IMG/VR virus record: IMGVR_UViG_3300046719_000014
Coordinates: 1 to 50,661 of that record
DNA length: 50,661 nucleotides
Source: a virus
Lineage: Duplodnaviria > Caudoviricetes
Reading direction: 5' to 3' (one strand)
In this document: positions 1 to 10,508 of the stretch, piece after piece
Layout: every line of letters begins with the position of its first letter
Position numbering within the stretch: position 1 is the stretch's first letter
Notes under the pieces: model-generated
Seen by the model: only the letters and a program-made list of their open reading frames with translations
Database searches by the model: none
Told to the model about the DNA's origin: nothing
Position numbers and translations under genes: made by a program

Positions 1-32
1 ACTACGCGCCCAACGGCGCGCTTGACTGACGC

Positions 33-890
33 ATGACAGACCAAGTCATATACGCCGTCGAGCCAGGCATCGAGCTATTCGACCGCCGCTACAAGCTGCA
101 GGTGGCTGACACCGTGATCACGGGCCTAAACATCCGCTTCAACGTGAAACGCTCGCTCGTCGGCAAGCGCCCCGGCACGTGTGACATTGATATCATCAAC
201 CTCGCCGAGCCCACGCGTAAGCGCCTGCACGGAACCAAGCAGATCTTCACCTCGCTCGAGGCCGGCTACGTCGGCGGCATGTCCGTGCTCTTTCGTGGCG
301 AGCTGCTCGAGGCATGGAGCAAGCGCGAGGGCACCGACTGGGTAACCACCGTCAGCTCGAGCGACGGAGGCACCAAGCAAACGCGCTCACGCATCAGCGC
401 CACCTACGGGCCCAAGGTGCCGATCCGCGACGTGCTGCTTGGCATCGCCAAGTCGCTCGGCATCGGGCCCGGCAACCTCCTGCAGGCGACATTCTCGGCT
501 GAGATCTGGGATAAGCTGTCTAACAAGTTCGCGCAGGGGTTTGCCGCGTCGGGCGACTCTGCCGGCGAGCTCGACCGCGCCATGCGCACCGCCGGGCTCG
601 AGTGGTCCATTCAAGAGGGGCAGCTGCAAGTGCTCGGGCTGCGTCAGGCACTGTCAGACGCGCCCATTCTGCTCACGCCGCGCACCGGGCTGCTCGACTC
701 CGTCGAGCTCGGGCGCGACCAAGTGCTGCGCCTGTCGACGCTGCTGCTGCCGGGCCTCTACCCCGGGCGCAAAATCCAGATCAAGTCACGCTACGTGCAA
801 GGCTTCTATCGCATCGAGTCAACCGTTCACCAAGGCGAGCTCGACGGCGGGCACTGGACCGTCGGCATCGAGGCTCGCGCCGTCAAGTGA
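33..890 (+). CDS. Baseplate hub protein (gp27/gpD-like), copy A
   Basis: FDRRYKL start, WSIQEGQLQ and LLTPRTGL motifs; position between plug and spike genes; paralog at 47244. Confidence 0.8.
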   Translation: MTDQVIYAVEPGIELFDRRYKLQVADTVITGLNIRFNVKRSLVGKRPGTCDIDIINLAEPTRKRLHGTKQIFTSLEAGYVGGMSVLFRGELLEAWSKREGTDWVTTVSSSDGGTKQTRSRISATYGPKVPIRDVLLGIAKSLGIGPGNLLQATFSAEIWDKLSNKFAQGFAASGDSAGELDRAMRTAGLEWSIQEGQLQVLGLRQALSDAPILLTPRTGLLDSVELGRDQVLRLSTLLLPGLYPGRKIQIKSRYVQGFYRIESTVHQGELDGGHWTVGIEARAVK

Positions 891-897
891 GGCCGCC

Positions 898-1701
898 ATG
901 ACTCTCGCAACGCCCGAGCTATCCGAGCTGCTGCAGGCCGCCGCCGAGCAGGCCGCATTCGAGCTCCACACGTCTATCCCCGGGCAGATCGTCGCGCTCT
1001 ACACCGACGCCTCGACGCGCAGGCAGTACGCCGACGTGCTGCCGATGCTCAAGCGCGCGCTGCCCGTCGACCCCGAAGACGACGCGCTCACCAACCCAGA
1101 CCGCCCCCCGTTCGTATATGAGCAGTTGCCGATCCTGCCCATGGTCCCCATCGCATACCCGCAGGGCGGCGGCTTCTTTGCCGCGTGGCCCCTCGTGCCC
1201 GGCGACCACGTGCTCGTGGTCTTTGCAGAGCGCAGCCTCGATCGTTGGGTGTCGACCGCGCGGCGCGGCTCGCAAAAGCCGCTCGGGCCCGGCGACGTCG
1301 GCACGCACACGCTCGCGGGCGCAATCGCGCTTCCGCTCGGGCCCGCGCCGCTGCCCGACCTCCTGCAGAGCGTGTACGCCGACGCCATGACGCTCGGGCA
1401 CGACGCGGGCAAGCAGATTGCCATCAAGCAGAACACGGTCAACTTGGGCAGCTACAGCCCCACCGACGCCGTCGCGCTCGCGAGCAAAACCAACACCGGG
1501 CTCACGAGCGGCGAGAACGACGTGAAGAAAGTAAAGGACGCGACCGCAACGGCCATCTCGTCGATTGAGACCGTGCTAGCCGGCCTCACCGGCGCTGTGC
1601 CGCCCGCGAGCATTGCCGTCCGCACAGCGTTCGACGCCGCCGTTGTGGGCGTCCCGCACGCCCACACAAGCGTCGCATCGACCGTTGTGCTGTCCGACTA
1701 G
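898..1701 (+). CDS. Baseplate central spike (Gp138-like), copy A
   Basis: LHTSIPGQI, LPILPMVPIAYPQGGGF, GDHVLVVFAERSLDRW; ATG at 898 matches paralog start 48109. Confidence 0.85.
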   Translation: MTLATPELSELLQAAAEQAAFELHTSIPGQIVALYTDASTRRQYADVLPMLKRALPVDPEDDALTNPDRPPFVYEQLPILPMVPIAYPQGGGFFAAWPLVPGDHVLVVFAERSLDRWVSTARRGSQKPLGPGDVGTHTLAGAIALPLGPAPLPDLLQSVYADAMTLGHDAGKQIAIKQNTVNLGSYSPTDAVALASKTNTGLTSGENDVKKVKDATATAISSIETVLAGLTGAVPPASIAVRTAFDAAVVGVPHAHTSVASTVVLSD

Positions 1702-1757
1702 CCGACCCGGGCAGCAGCCCCTTGCAAAGGCGCTCGCTCGCCCACTACCGCCGGCTC

Positions 1758-2252
1758 GTGGCTGACCTCCTGCTCGACGCTACCGGCGACATCATCATCG
1801 ACTCGACGGGCGACCTGCCGCTCGTCACCGGCGCGGCAGCCATCGCGCAGGATGCCAACCTACGCGTCGCGCTTTTCCTCGGAGAGTGGCCCCTCGACCG
1901 CCGAGTGGGCATCGACTATCGCAATTTGATATTCGCCCGCAAGCCGCCCGACGCGGTCATTAGGTCCATCTACGATCAAGTGCTGCGCGAGACCGCGGGC
2001 GTCACCGCGGTCAACCGGCTCGCGATCACATTCAACCGCCGCACGCGCGCGCTCGAGGTGCGCGCCGACGTGCAAACCAAGGACGGCGTCGCGCTCGTAT
2101 ACCGCGACATCCTGCTAGGCGTCGGCACCACGACTGCAGCGCCCACGCAGCCCGCCAACGGCTCGACGCAGTTAGTCAGCCCGACGCCGACCGCGCAGCC
2201 GCTCGGCGTCTTCTCGCCGCGCCAATGGCCCGGCGACGAGGTGCCATCATGA
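1758..2252 (+). CDS. Baseplate wedge / sheath-initiator (gp25-like), copy A
   Basis: DLLLDATGD, LFLGEWPLDRRVGIDY motif; GTG start inferred. Confidence 0.8.
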   Translation: MADLLLDATGDIIIDSTGDLPLVTGAAAIAQDANLRVALFLGEWPLDRRVGIDYRNLIFARKPPDAVIRSIYDQVLRETAGVTAVNRLAITFNRRTRALEVRADVQTKDGVALVYRDILLGVGTTTAAPTQPANGSTQLVSPTPTAQPLGVFSPRQWPGDEVPS

Positions 2253-3445
2253 CCGCCGGCCTCACCCTGCTCGGGTTCACGAGCAAGACCGTGCAAGAGA
2301 TTATCGGCGACCTGCAGGCGTACCAGGCAGCCAACATCGCGAGCGGGCTCAACACGTCGAGCACGGGTGTGCTGGCAAACATCAACATGTCCGTCGCGCT
2401 GCAGCTCGGCCAGTTGTGGGAGCTCGCCGCTGAGATCTACGACGCGCACGACCCGGCCAGCGCAGAGGGCGTCGCAGCCGATCACAACGGCTCACTGACG
2501 GGCGTCACGCGCCTACCCGCGACGTCGAGCACCGCGACGCTCACGCTCACCATGACCGAGAACGTCACCGTGCCCACGGGCTCCGTCGTGAGCGACCCGC
2601 TGCGCCCGACTGTGCGCTTTGTCACGCTCGACGACGTCACGAGCAGCAGCGTCGTCGGCACCTACAACAACCTCACCGTCGCAGCCAGGGCGGAAACCAC
2701 GGGCCCGCTCACGGCTGCGAGCGGCGCGCTGACCAAGATTGAATCGCCAGTGTCAGGCTGGCTCGCGGTTACCAACACCGGGCCCGCGATCGCAGGCAGC
2801 AACGTCGAGACGGACGAGGACTACCGCGCGCGCCGCTCAGAGGTGCTCGCAGAGGAGGGCGGCTCAACGCTCGCAGGCATCGTCGCCGACGTGCGCGTGC
2901 TGCCCGGCGTGCTCACCGCAGCGGGCCGCGAGAACGTCACCGAGGTCACCGACCCGACGGGCATGCCCCCGCATACGTTCGAGGTCATCGTGCGCGGCGG
3001 AGACGACTCGGCCATCGCTAACAGCATCTGGAAAAACAAACCCGCGGGCGTCGACTCCTACGGCACGACGTCAATCAACGTGCTCGACGAGGCCGGCAAC
3101 GTGCAGCTCGTGCGCTTCTCGCGCCCGACGCTCAAGACCATCAACGTCAACGTCAGCGCGACCACCGACGGGCACTACGTCGCGGGCAGTCTGCGCGTCG
3201 CGCTCGAGCTCGCCAGCGTCGACCCTAAGAGTGACATCGTGTTCAAAGTCGGCGAGCCCGTCTACCTCGTGCGGCTGCTCTCCGAGGCGAGCGAGGTGCC
3301 CGGCGTCGTCAACGTGACCATGGACGTCGACCTTGCGCCCACAGTGCCCGTAGATGCAGTACCCACAACGCCAGCGAAAACGCTAGTGATTGGCGTACGT
3401 GAGATCGCGTCATTCTCGGGCTCGACATGGGTGGGGGCACCGTAA
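2249..3445 (+). CDS. Baseplate J-like wedge protein, copy A
   Basis: DPASAEG, GVTRLPAT, GSNVETDEDYRARR, PPHTFEVIVRGGDD, KPAGV. Confidence 0.92.
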   Translation: MTAGLTLLGFTSKTVQEIIGDLQAYQAANIASGLNTSSTGVLANINMSVALQLGQLWELAAEIYDAHDPASAEGVAADHNGSLTGVTRLPATSSTATLTLTMTENVTVPTGSVVSDPLRPTVRFVTLDDVTSSSVVGTYNNLTVAARAETTGPLTAASGALTKIESPVSGWLAVTNTGPAIAGSNVETDEDYRARRSEVLAEEGGSTLAGIVADVRVLPGVLTAAGRENVTEVTDPTGMPPHTFEVIVRGGDDSAIANSIWKNKPAGVDSYGTTSINVLDEAGNVQLVRFSRPTLKTINVNVSATTDGHYVAGSLRVALELASVDPKSDIVFKVGEPVYLVRLLSEASEVPGVVNVTMDVDLAPTVPVDAVPTTPAKTLVIGVREIASFSGSTWVGAP

Positions 3446-3448
3446 CAC

Positions 3449-4045
3449 GTGGCGCTCGAGCTCAACACCAAGCACGTCGAGCAGGGCCAAGAGCTGCCGA
3501 TCTACGACCTGCGGCAGCCGCTCTTTCTCAAGGTGCTCGCGAGCTATCTGACGGAGGTGCAGGCGCTCGAGCACGCGCTTTGGGATCTGTACATCGGCAC
3601 CATGCTGCCCAACGCCAAGGGCGACGCGCTCGACATGATCGGCGCGCTCGTCGGGCAAGCGCGCGAGGGGCGCACCGACGCGACTTACATCCTTTGGATT
3701 ACGTCACGCATAACGGTGCTGCGCTCGAGCGGGCGACCGCGCGACATCTACGCGGCAGTGCTGCCACTGCTGCCCGCAGGCGCCACGGCGCGGCTCGTCG
3801 AGTACGGCGACGCATCATTCACAGTCACGTTTACCGCGCAGCTCACAACGGCTCAGGCGATATCGCTTGCCGACCTGCTGCGCCAGGCCAAGGCCGCCGC
3901 CGTGCGCTTCGACGCGGTATGGAGCCCGAGCCCCTCTACGCTTTGGTTTCGCTATGGCACGGCAGCTGCGCCCACGCTCGACGCAACGCGTGGCTTCGGA
4001 GACGTCACGCAGACTACGGGCGGGCGTCTTGTTGGTATCGTGTGA
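3449..4045 (+). CDS. Baseplate wedge protein (gpI/DUF2612-like)
   Basis: AKGDALDMIGALVGQAR..DATY motif directly after baseplate J. Confidence 0.8.
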   Translation: MALELNTKHVEQGQELPIYDLRQPLFLKVLASYLTEVQALEHALWDLYIGTMLPNAKGDALDMIGALVGQAREGRTDATYILWITSRITVLRSSGRPRDIYAAVLPLLPAGATARLVEYGDASFTVTFTAQLTTAQAISLADLLRQAKAAAVRFDAVWSPSPSTLWFRYGTAAAPTLDATRGFGDVTQTTGGRLVGIV

Positions 4046-4054
4046 GGTGACACA

Positions 4055-7000
4055 ATGGCACTAACACTCACTTTCAATCAACCGGGCATCGCAGCGGGCG
4101 ACCTCGACCGCGGGCGCACCGACCTTCTCACCACAGACGCGGGCAGCGGGCGCGCGCCCCTCGTCACCATCGAGGTCGGCAGCGTGCCCCCGGGCTCCGT
4201 CGTGCTCGTGCAGGCGCTAGACGAGCCGCCCGCGAGCTCGCCGCTGCTCACGCAAGTGTCGGACGCGATATGGACACTCGACTGGAATGCGGGCGCATGG
4301 GGACCGTTTCGCGTTCAGGCTACCGCGTCAATCGGCACTGAGGTCGTCTCGAGCGTCACGCGTCGCATCTCCGTGCGCTCGCCAACGTTCCACCTCGCTT
4401 ACCCTTCGTTGTCCGAGCGCTACGACCCCAACGCGCATCTCGTGCCGACTGTGCCGAGCGTGCAGCTGACGGAAATGAACGAGCACTCCACCAACAGGGC
4501 GCTCGTAGACTTCCACCGCGAAGTCGTGCAGGCAATCGACACGCTCAGCGCGGGCGGCATCGACTCGATCCCTGACGGCTCAATCACCGAGGCCAAGCTC
4601 GACCCCGCCTACAGCAGCACCGTCGTCGTCACCGACGGCTCGCGCCCCATGGTTGCGTCGTTCGACGCGGGCTCGCATCCCATCGTCAACGTCGGCGCAC
4701 CCGTTGCGCCAACAGACGCCGCGCGGCTGCAGGACACCGACTATCTCGCAGGCGCCGGCCTCCTGCGCACAGGGCACACGCTCGACGTCGTCGCGCACGC
4801 CGACGCCAGCATTGTCGTCGGCACTGACAGCGTGCAGGTAGGCGTGCTCGCCACCGACGCACAGCACGGAACACGCGGCGGGGGCACGCAACACGCAGTG
4901 GTCAGCACGAGCTCGGCGGGCTTTTCCAGCGCTGCCGACAAGACCAAGCTCGACGGCATCTCTGCCGGCGCCGACGTAACCATCGTCGCGCTCGCGGCGG
5001 CGTCTGCGCCCATCGCCGTCAACTCGCAGCGCATCACAAACCTAGGCGCCCCCATCGCGGCCACTGACGCAGCACGCGTGCAAGATCTGCTCGACGCCGC
5101 AGTGGTAGCGGGCGCGGGCCTCGTGCGCGCAGGCACCACGCTCAACGTGGTCGCAGACGCAGACGCCTCGATCGTGGTCGCCGCCGACAGTCTCAAGGTC
5201 GGCACGCTCGCCACCGACGCGCAGCACGGAACACGCGGCGGGGGCACGCAACACGCAGTGGTCAGCACGAGCTCGGCGGGCTTTTCCAGCGCTGCCGACA
5301 AGACCAAGCTCGACGGCATCTCTGCCGGCGCCGACGTAACCATCGTCGCGCTCGCAGCCGCGTCAGCGCCCATCGCCGTCAACGGCCAAAGAATCACAAA
5401 CCTCGGCACGCCGACAGCGACCACCGACGCCGCAACCAAGGCATACGTCGACGCAGCCCCGCCGATCCTGCACTCAAGCACGCACGCAGACGGCGGCGCC
5501 GACGAGCTCAGCGTCGCGGGCTTGTCGGGGCTGCTGGCAGACCCGCAGACGGCGGGCGGGCTCAAGACGGCCACTACCACCGTCGCCATCGCCGCAGCCG
5601 CTGCGCCTGCCATCGACGCGGCGCTCATGGCGAATAGCTCGACCGCGGCTGCGTGGCGCATCCCGCCCAACGCCACAACCAGCCTGCCCGGCTACATGAG
5701 CGCCGCCGACAAGCTCAAGCTCGACGGCGTCGCCACCTCGGCTGCAGCCGTCGGCAGCGCTGCCGCGTCTCAGGTGACTGTCACGACCGCGGGCCCCGGC
5801 TCGTCTGCGACTGCCGCCCGCGCTGACCACATTCACAGCGTCGCCACCGCTGCGCCGTCGGCGCTCACCGTAGGCGGCGCGCAGGCCCCCGGCACATCGA
5901 GCTCGCTTGCGCGCGCCGACCACGGGCACGCCATGCCCGGACTCGCAACCGGCGCAGCCGATGGCTTCCAGGCTGCCGCCGACTTCACCAAGCTCGCGGG
6001 CATCGAGGCGGGCGCGCAGGTGACGTCATTCGCCCGCGTGCAGACCGCACTCGGCGTCGCTAGCTCAGCGGTCAGCTTCAACGCGCAACGACTCTCGAGC
6101 GTACTAGACCCTAGCGCCGCGCAAGACGCCGCCACCAAGGCATACGTCGACGCGATCGCGCAGGGGCTCGATATCAAGGCATCTGTGCGCCTCGTCGCGA
6201 CGAGCAACGTGGCGGCGCTCACGGGCAACGTTTCCATCGACGGCAGCACGACAGCACCCGGTCAGCGTGTGCTGCTCGTCGGGCAGACGACCGCGAGCGC
6301 AAACGGCATCTATCTCACCGCTGCCGGCGCATGGGCCCGCACCACCGACGCCGACACGAGCGCAAAAGTCACGTCCGGCATGTACGTCTTCGCGACTGAG
6401 GGCACCGCAAACAGTGACTCGGGCTGGGCTCTCATCACGCCAGACCCGATCGTGCTCGGCACCACCGCGCTCACCTTCAGTCAGGTCACCGGCGCCGGGC
6501 AGATCACAGCGGGTGCAGGCCTCGTCAAGAGCGGCAACACGCTCGACGTCGTCGCGCACGCCGACGGCTCCATCATTGTCGCAGCTGACAGCGTTCAGCT
6601 CGGCGTGATTGCCACCGACGCGCAGCACGGGGTTAGAGCGGGCGGCACGACGCACGCAGCGGTTATCGCGGGCGGCGCATCGGGCTTCATGACGGGCGCC
6701 GACAAAACAAAAATCGACGGCATCGAGGCCGGCGCGCAGGTTACGAGTTTCGCTCGCGTGCAAACGGCGCTCGCCGCAGCTAGCTCTGCAGTCGCGTTCA
6801 ATGCGCAGCGCTTGACGGGCGTCGCTGACCCGACAGCAGCCCAAGACGTCGCGACCAAGGCATACGTCGACGCCTCACCGCTGTCAGACTTCAAGGAATC
6901 GGTTCGCGTTGCCACGACCACAAACCCGGGCACCGTCACGTCTGCCGCGCCCAACATCGTCGACGGTGTGACGCTCGTCGCGGGCAACCGCGTGCTTAAC

Positions 7001-9343
7001 AAGTCGGCGGGCGCCGGTACGCTCGGCGGGATATGGGTAGTTCAAACTGTCGGCACCGGTGCGAATGGCGTGTGGGCACGAGCCGCAGACGCAGACGTCA
7101 GCGCCGAGGTTACAGCCGGCATGGTTGTCTTTGTCACTGAGGGCGCGGTCAACGCCGACACGGGCTGGATCCTCACCCCGAATGACCCGCTAGTCGTGGG
7201 CTCCAACGCGCTCGACTTCCAACGCTTCACCATCACACCGGCCGAGATTGCTCGAATAGACAGCGGCGCGCTCCCATACTCCGCATCCGTCGCCGTCAAC
7301 ACGTGGACGATCGCCAACTCAGCGGGCACGCGAACGTTGCCAAGCCCGGCAAACGCTGGCGACACCGTTGCGATCCTAGTCACGCAAACCGGCTGCAACA
7401 TCGCAGCGGGCAGCGGCAATCAGATTGTCGACGCGAGCGGCTCTGGTTACACAACGCTGACATCGGTGCCGATGCCTGCGTTGTACACGTTTCGCTGCGC
7501 CGTCGCGGGTTTCTGGTTTTTCGGCGACAACGTTGCGAGCTCGACGCTGCCGGGACTCATGACAGCCGGCGATAAAACCATCCTCGACGGCCTAGTCGGG
7601 CGGCGCTTCAAAGATGTTTGCGACATTTTCACAGACCTTCCGATCACGTTATCGGGCACGGCAAGCTACGCCGCTGGCTTGCGCGCGCTCGTCATGGGTC
7701 AAGCAGACGCAACCACAAACGGCATCTATGTCACGGCTGCCGGCGCATGGCCACGCGCTACCGATGCAGACTCATCCGCAGACTTCGGACGCGGAATCGT
7801 GGTTCCCGTGCTCTGGTTCACGGAAGGCACGAGCGGGCTTCTCCTATGGGCCACGAACACTGAGCTGCCTCTAGTGCTCGGCACAACTCCGATCGTATTC
7901 CGGGAGGAAAAGGGCGCACAGTGGCTGCTCGACACCCTAGACGACCTCGGAACTGCTGTTGCTTGGGGGTTCCAACGCCTCACCTCCGTCGGCGACCCGA
8001 TCAACGATTGGGATGCAGCGACGCAAGGCTACGTCAAGACGGCTGTTGCCGCGGTTGCCGCGCCAGCAGCCTACAAGGCGCCGGCAAAGCTCGTCGCCAC
8101 GACTAACATCACGCAGCAGGCAGCGGGCGGGACTGTCGCGATTGACAGCGTGAGCACGGCAAACGGCGACCGCGTTTTGTTGACCGGCCAGACCGACCCG
8201 AAACTAAACGGACTGTACATCGTCGGCGCCACTGCTTGGGCACGCGCCACCGATGCGAACACCGGTGCGCTGCTAGTTGCCGGCTCTATCGTCCCCGTCA
8301 ATGAAGGCACCATCAACGCGAACACCGCATGGATGCTCGCCACGGACGGCACGATCACACTCGGCACGACCAGCCTTAGTTTCGTGCAAGTCGTAGGGCA
8401 GCGCGGGACAGCGGCGCCAACGTCTGTTGCTGCTGGTGTTGCGAGCGCGCAGGGAACGAGCTCGACTTGGGCATCCATCGATCACGTGCACGGGATAGTC
8501 GCGCTCGACCACGGGCTGAACAACTTCCGCATCTCCAACAACGCAACGAGCATGCCCACAACGGCAACCGCGAGCACCGTCACGCTCGCGCCACATGACG
8601 GTAATCGCGTAGCGCTGTATGACGGCACCAACTGGCAAAACGTCACGCTTGCGAGCGGCGCGACCGTCAGCGTGACGGGGCAAACGACGGGGCGCCCCTG
8701 CGATGTGTTTCTCGCCTACAACAGCCTCACGACTGCAACGCTAGTCTTGACGCCATGGACAAGCGCGAACGCGCGAGCAACGGCCATCGTCCAGCAGAAT
8801 GGCGTATGGGTGAAAAGCGGCACGCTAACGCAGCGGTACCTCGGCACGATCTTGCCCGATTCATCAACCACGTTCACCCATCGACAGGACACTTCGGGAA
8901 CGACCTTCCCAATCTGCGGGCTCTGGAACCAGGACAACAGAATCAGCGGCGGTTTTTTCTGGTTGCCCACGTCGTCATCTTGGGGGGCTGGCTCAGCATG
9001 GTCGCAGCTCCTCGGGACAAGCACGTCAAAACTACAGTTTGTGCAGGGCCAGTCCATCGAGTCTGTCGATGCTACGCTGCTATTCCTGTGCGAAAGCATG
9101 AATACGGGCAGCCTGTCAGCTGTTGCCTTCGGGTTCGACACTGCGAGCACCCCTTCAGGGATGCGCGGCATGACGAGCGGGGCCGCCGGATTCGCCGCGC
9201 TCACGGCCACATACAACCGTGTGTCTGCTACTCCAGGCGTGCACAACCTAAACGCGATCGCTCAGTCATCGGACGCTACAGCGCTGTTCTATGGCACGAC
9301 TGGCACAGGGCAAAGCGGAATAACCGCGACGCTTTGGTTCTGA
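4055..9343 (+). CDS. Long modular tail fibre / receptor-binding protein (1762 aa)
   Basis: Repeated RITNLGxP..DAATKAYVD and ADKTKLDGI motifs; four KxxVR/RVL..QT..NGIY..W.RA.DA domains; position after baseplate. Confidence 0.85.
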   Translation: MALTLTFNQPGIAAGDLDRGRTDLLTTDAGSGRAPLVTIEVGSVPPGSVVLVQALDEPPASSPLLTQVSDAIWTLDWNAGAWGPFRVQATASIGTEVVSSVTRRISVRSPTFHLAYPSLSERYDPNAHLVPTVPSVQLTEMNEHSTNRALVDFHREVVQAIDTLSAGGIDSIPDGSITEAKLDPAYSSTVVVTDGSRPMVASFDAGSHPIVNVGAPVAPTDAARLQDTDYLAGAGLLRTGHTLDVVAHADASIVVGTDSVQVGVLATDAQHGTRGGGTQHAVVSTSSAGFSSAADKTKLDGISAGADVTIVALAAASAPIAVNSQRITNLGAPIAATDAARVQDLLDAAVVAGAGLVRAGTTLNVVADADASIVVAADSLKVGTLATDAQHGTRGGGTQHAVVSTSSAGFSSAADKTKLDGISAGADVTIVALAAASAPIAVNGQRITNLGTPTATTDAATKAYVDAAPPILHSSTHADGGADELSVAGLSGLLADPQTAGGLKTATTTVAIAAAAAPAIDAALMANSSTAAAWRIPPNATTSLPGYMSAADKLKLDGVATSAAAVGSAAASQVTVTTAGPGSSATAARADHIHSVATAAPSALTVGGAQAPGTSSSLARADHGHAMPGLATGAADGFQAAADFTKLAGIEAGAQVTSFARVQTALGVASSAVSFNAQRLSSVLDPSAAQDAATKAYVDAIAQGLDIKASVRLVATSNVAALTGNVSIDGSTTAPGQRVLLVGQTTASANGIYLTAAGAWARTTDADTSAKVTSGMYVFATEGTANSDSGWALITPDPIVLGTTALTFSQVTGAGQITAGAGLVKSGNTLDVVAHADGSIIVAADSVQLGVIATDAQHGVRAGGTTHAAVIAGGASGFMTGADKTKIDGIEAGAQVTSFARVQTALAAASSAVAFNAQRLTGVADPTAAQDVATKAYVDASPLSDFKESVRVATTTNPGTVTSAAPNIVDGVTLVAGNRVLNKSAGAGTLGGIWVVQTVGTGANGVWARAADADVSAEVTAGMVVFVTEGAVNADTGWILTPNDPLVVGSNALDFQRFTITPAEIARIDSGALPYSASVAVNTWTIANSAGTRTLPSPANAGDTVAILVTQTGCNIAAGSGNQIVDASGSGYTTLTSVPMPALYTFRCAVAGFWFFGDNVASSTLPGLMTAGDKTILDGLVGRRFKDVCDIFTDLPITLSGTASYAAGLRALVMGQADATTNGIYVTAAGAWPRATDADSSADFGRGIVVPVLWFTEGTSGLLLWATNTELPLVLGTTPIVFREEKGAQWLLDTLDDLGTAVAWGFQRLTSVGDPINDWDAATQGYVKTAVAAVAAPAAYKAPAKLVATTNITQQAAGGTVAIDSVSTANGDRVLLTGQTDPKLNGLYIVGATAWARATDANTGALLVAGSIVPVNEGTINANTAWMLATDGTITLGTTSLSFVQVVGQRGTAAPTSVAAGVASAQGTSSTWASIDHVHGIVALDHGLNNFRISNNATSMPTTATASTVTLAPHDGNRVALYDGTNWQNVTLASGATVSVTGQTTGRPCDVFLAYNSLTTATLVLTPWTSANARATAIVQQNGVWVKSGTLTQRYLGTILPDSSTTFTHRQDTSGTTFPICGLWNQDNRISGGFFWLPTSSSWGAGSAWSQLLGTSTSKLQFVQGQSIESVDATLLFLCESMNTGSLSAVAFGFDTASTPSGMRGMTSGAAGFAALTATYNRVSATPGVHNLNAIAQSSDATALFYGTTGTGQSGITATLWF
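4862..5355 (+). repeat. Intragenic tandem duplication (360-bp unit) with a 134-bp identical core
   Basis: 4862-4995 identical to 5222-5355. Confidence 0.95.
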
Positions 9344-9421
9344 GGGAGGCGACGCCGCTATGAGCTGCATCGGACACGGCAACATCACAGCGCCGCTCGC
9401 GCGCGCAGGGGAAGTGCAGCC

Positions 9422-9805
9422 ATGAGCGACATTTTGCAACCGAGATTCACCGACCGCCGCGTGGGCTCGAGCTCCGAGCCGATGCGTTACCGCGTCATGT
9501 ATGGGCAGTGCCCGGCGCAGTTTCCAGTCGACCCGCCACCCGGCGCCGCAGTCAGCGCGACGCTGCTTTGCTTCGACTTGAGCGTGCTCAAGCTCGGAAC
9601 GGGCACCGGGCACGTCGAGCCCAACGGTTGGATCGTGTATCAGCCCAGCGCTGCAGACGTCGACACCCCCGGGCTCTGGTACGTCGAGCTAACGGTCATC
9701 GTCAGCGCGGTCAGCATCTACAAGTCGCCGTCCATCGCGCTGCGTCTCATCCAAAACGACCCCTACTATGAGATACCGCCCGCGCCAGTCACACCGCCCC
9801 CATGA
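9422..9805 (+). CDS. Small structural protein, BppU N-terminal-like
   Basis: YQPSAADVDTPGLWYVELTV..SPS pattern; follows fibre gene. Confidence 0.55.
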   Translation: MSDILQPRFTDRRVGSSSEPMRYRVMYGQCPAQFPVDPPPGAAVSATLLCFDLSVLKLGTGTGHVEPNGWIVYQPSAADVDTPGLWYVELTVIVSAVSIYKSPSIALRLIQNDPYYEIPPAPVTPPP

Positions 9806-10104
9806 CCCGCAAGCGCAAATCGAGCTACGCTCAGATCGTGGGTTTAGAAACCGCGACCGCTCGCGCGTCTGACGTCGCAGACGTGTACAGCACCTTCCGA
9901 GCTGCCGCCGACCACCTCTACAGCCAGGGCTATCGATACGACCGCGAGCGCCTCGCGTGGCTGCACGCGTCGCAGCGCCCCCGGCGCATCGAGCGGCGTG
10001 AGGGCGAGCGCAGCAGAGGCCGCGGCAGCCCACGAGAGCCATCCCTCTACGTCGTGGTGACGCTGCCCGACCCGCGCGGCAAACCGCCGCCCACGCGCAT
10101 CTAA
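9802..10104 (+). CDS. Hypothetical protein
   Basis: ATGA overlap with upstream gene; typical codon usage. Confidence 0.55.
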   Translation: MTRKRKSSYAQIVGLETATARASDVADVYSTFRAAADHLYSQGYRYDRERLAWLHASQRPRRIERREGERSRGRGSPREPSLYVVVTLPDPRGKPPPTRI

Positions 10105-10496
10105 GAGCCCGTGCGGGCCCGTTTGCGCTCGAGCTCGGGCTCGGGCTCGCCTACGAGCGGCAGAAAGAGCTGCCGATCCTCGCTGCCGGCCTCGCGCTTG
10201 AGACGCCGCCGAGCTCGCCCGATCACCGACGGCGCGAGCTCGACCCCCGTCTGCATGAGCGACCACAGCCGGGCGCGCAGCGCGTAGCTCGGCGGGCGCT
10301 CGCCCCGCTCGACCTCGCCAATCGTGCCCACGCTCACGCCCACGAGCCCCGCGAGCTCGCGCTGCGACAGCACCCCGCCGCTCGAGCCGCGCTGCGCGAG
10401 CCGCCACGCGCGGACAACCGCCATCTCGCCCGAGATAGCCGTACGCCACCGCGTCAGATCGTCGGGCCCGTGCCCGTGCTTGCGTCGTCTGGTCAT
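10101..10496 (-). CDS. XRE-family HTH transcriptional regulator
   Basis: LSQRELAGLVGVSVGTIGEVERGERPPS; ATG at 10496 chosen. Confidence 0.85.
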   Translation of the reverse strand: MTRRRKHGHGPDDLTRWRTAISGEMAVVRAWRLAQRGSSGGVLSQRELAGLVGVSVGTIGEVERGERPPSYALRARLWSLMQTGVELAPSVIGRARRRLKREAGSEDRQLFLPLVGEPEPELERKRARTGS

Positions 10497-10508
10497 GCTC
10501 TCACCGCC

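Larger units (their letters stand above)
1..3453 (+). repeat. Diverged direct repeat, copy A (baseplate module)
   Basis: Colinear with 47212-50661 (offset 47211, one 3-bp indel in the J gene); 3338-3453 identical to 50546-50661. Confidence 0.97.

Noticed and set aside
1-3453. Physical direct terminal repeat or simple circular overlap
   Set aside because: The copies differ at many positions throughout. True terminal repeats would be identical.
4862-5355. Diversity-generating retroelement TR/VR pair
   Set aside because: Both copies are in-frame within one gene, mismatches are not adenine-specific, and no reverse transcriptase is present.
4741-5676. Long antisense and alternate-frame ORFs (e.g. 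4741-5676-, 19346-20296+, 33907-34959-, the 5' parts of 35010-36284 and 39453-41210)
   Set aside because: Shadow ORFs expected in high-GC DNA. They overlap well-supported genes and give low-complexity Arg/Ala/Ser translations.
9360-9425. 21-codon ORF (MSCIGHGNITAPLARAGEVQP) with GGGAGG RBS overlapping the next start
   Set aside because: Could be a translational coupler but is too short to support from sequence alone.
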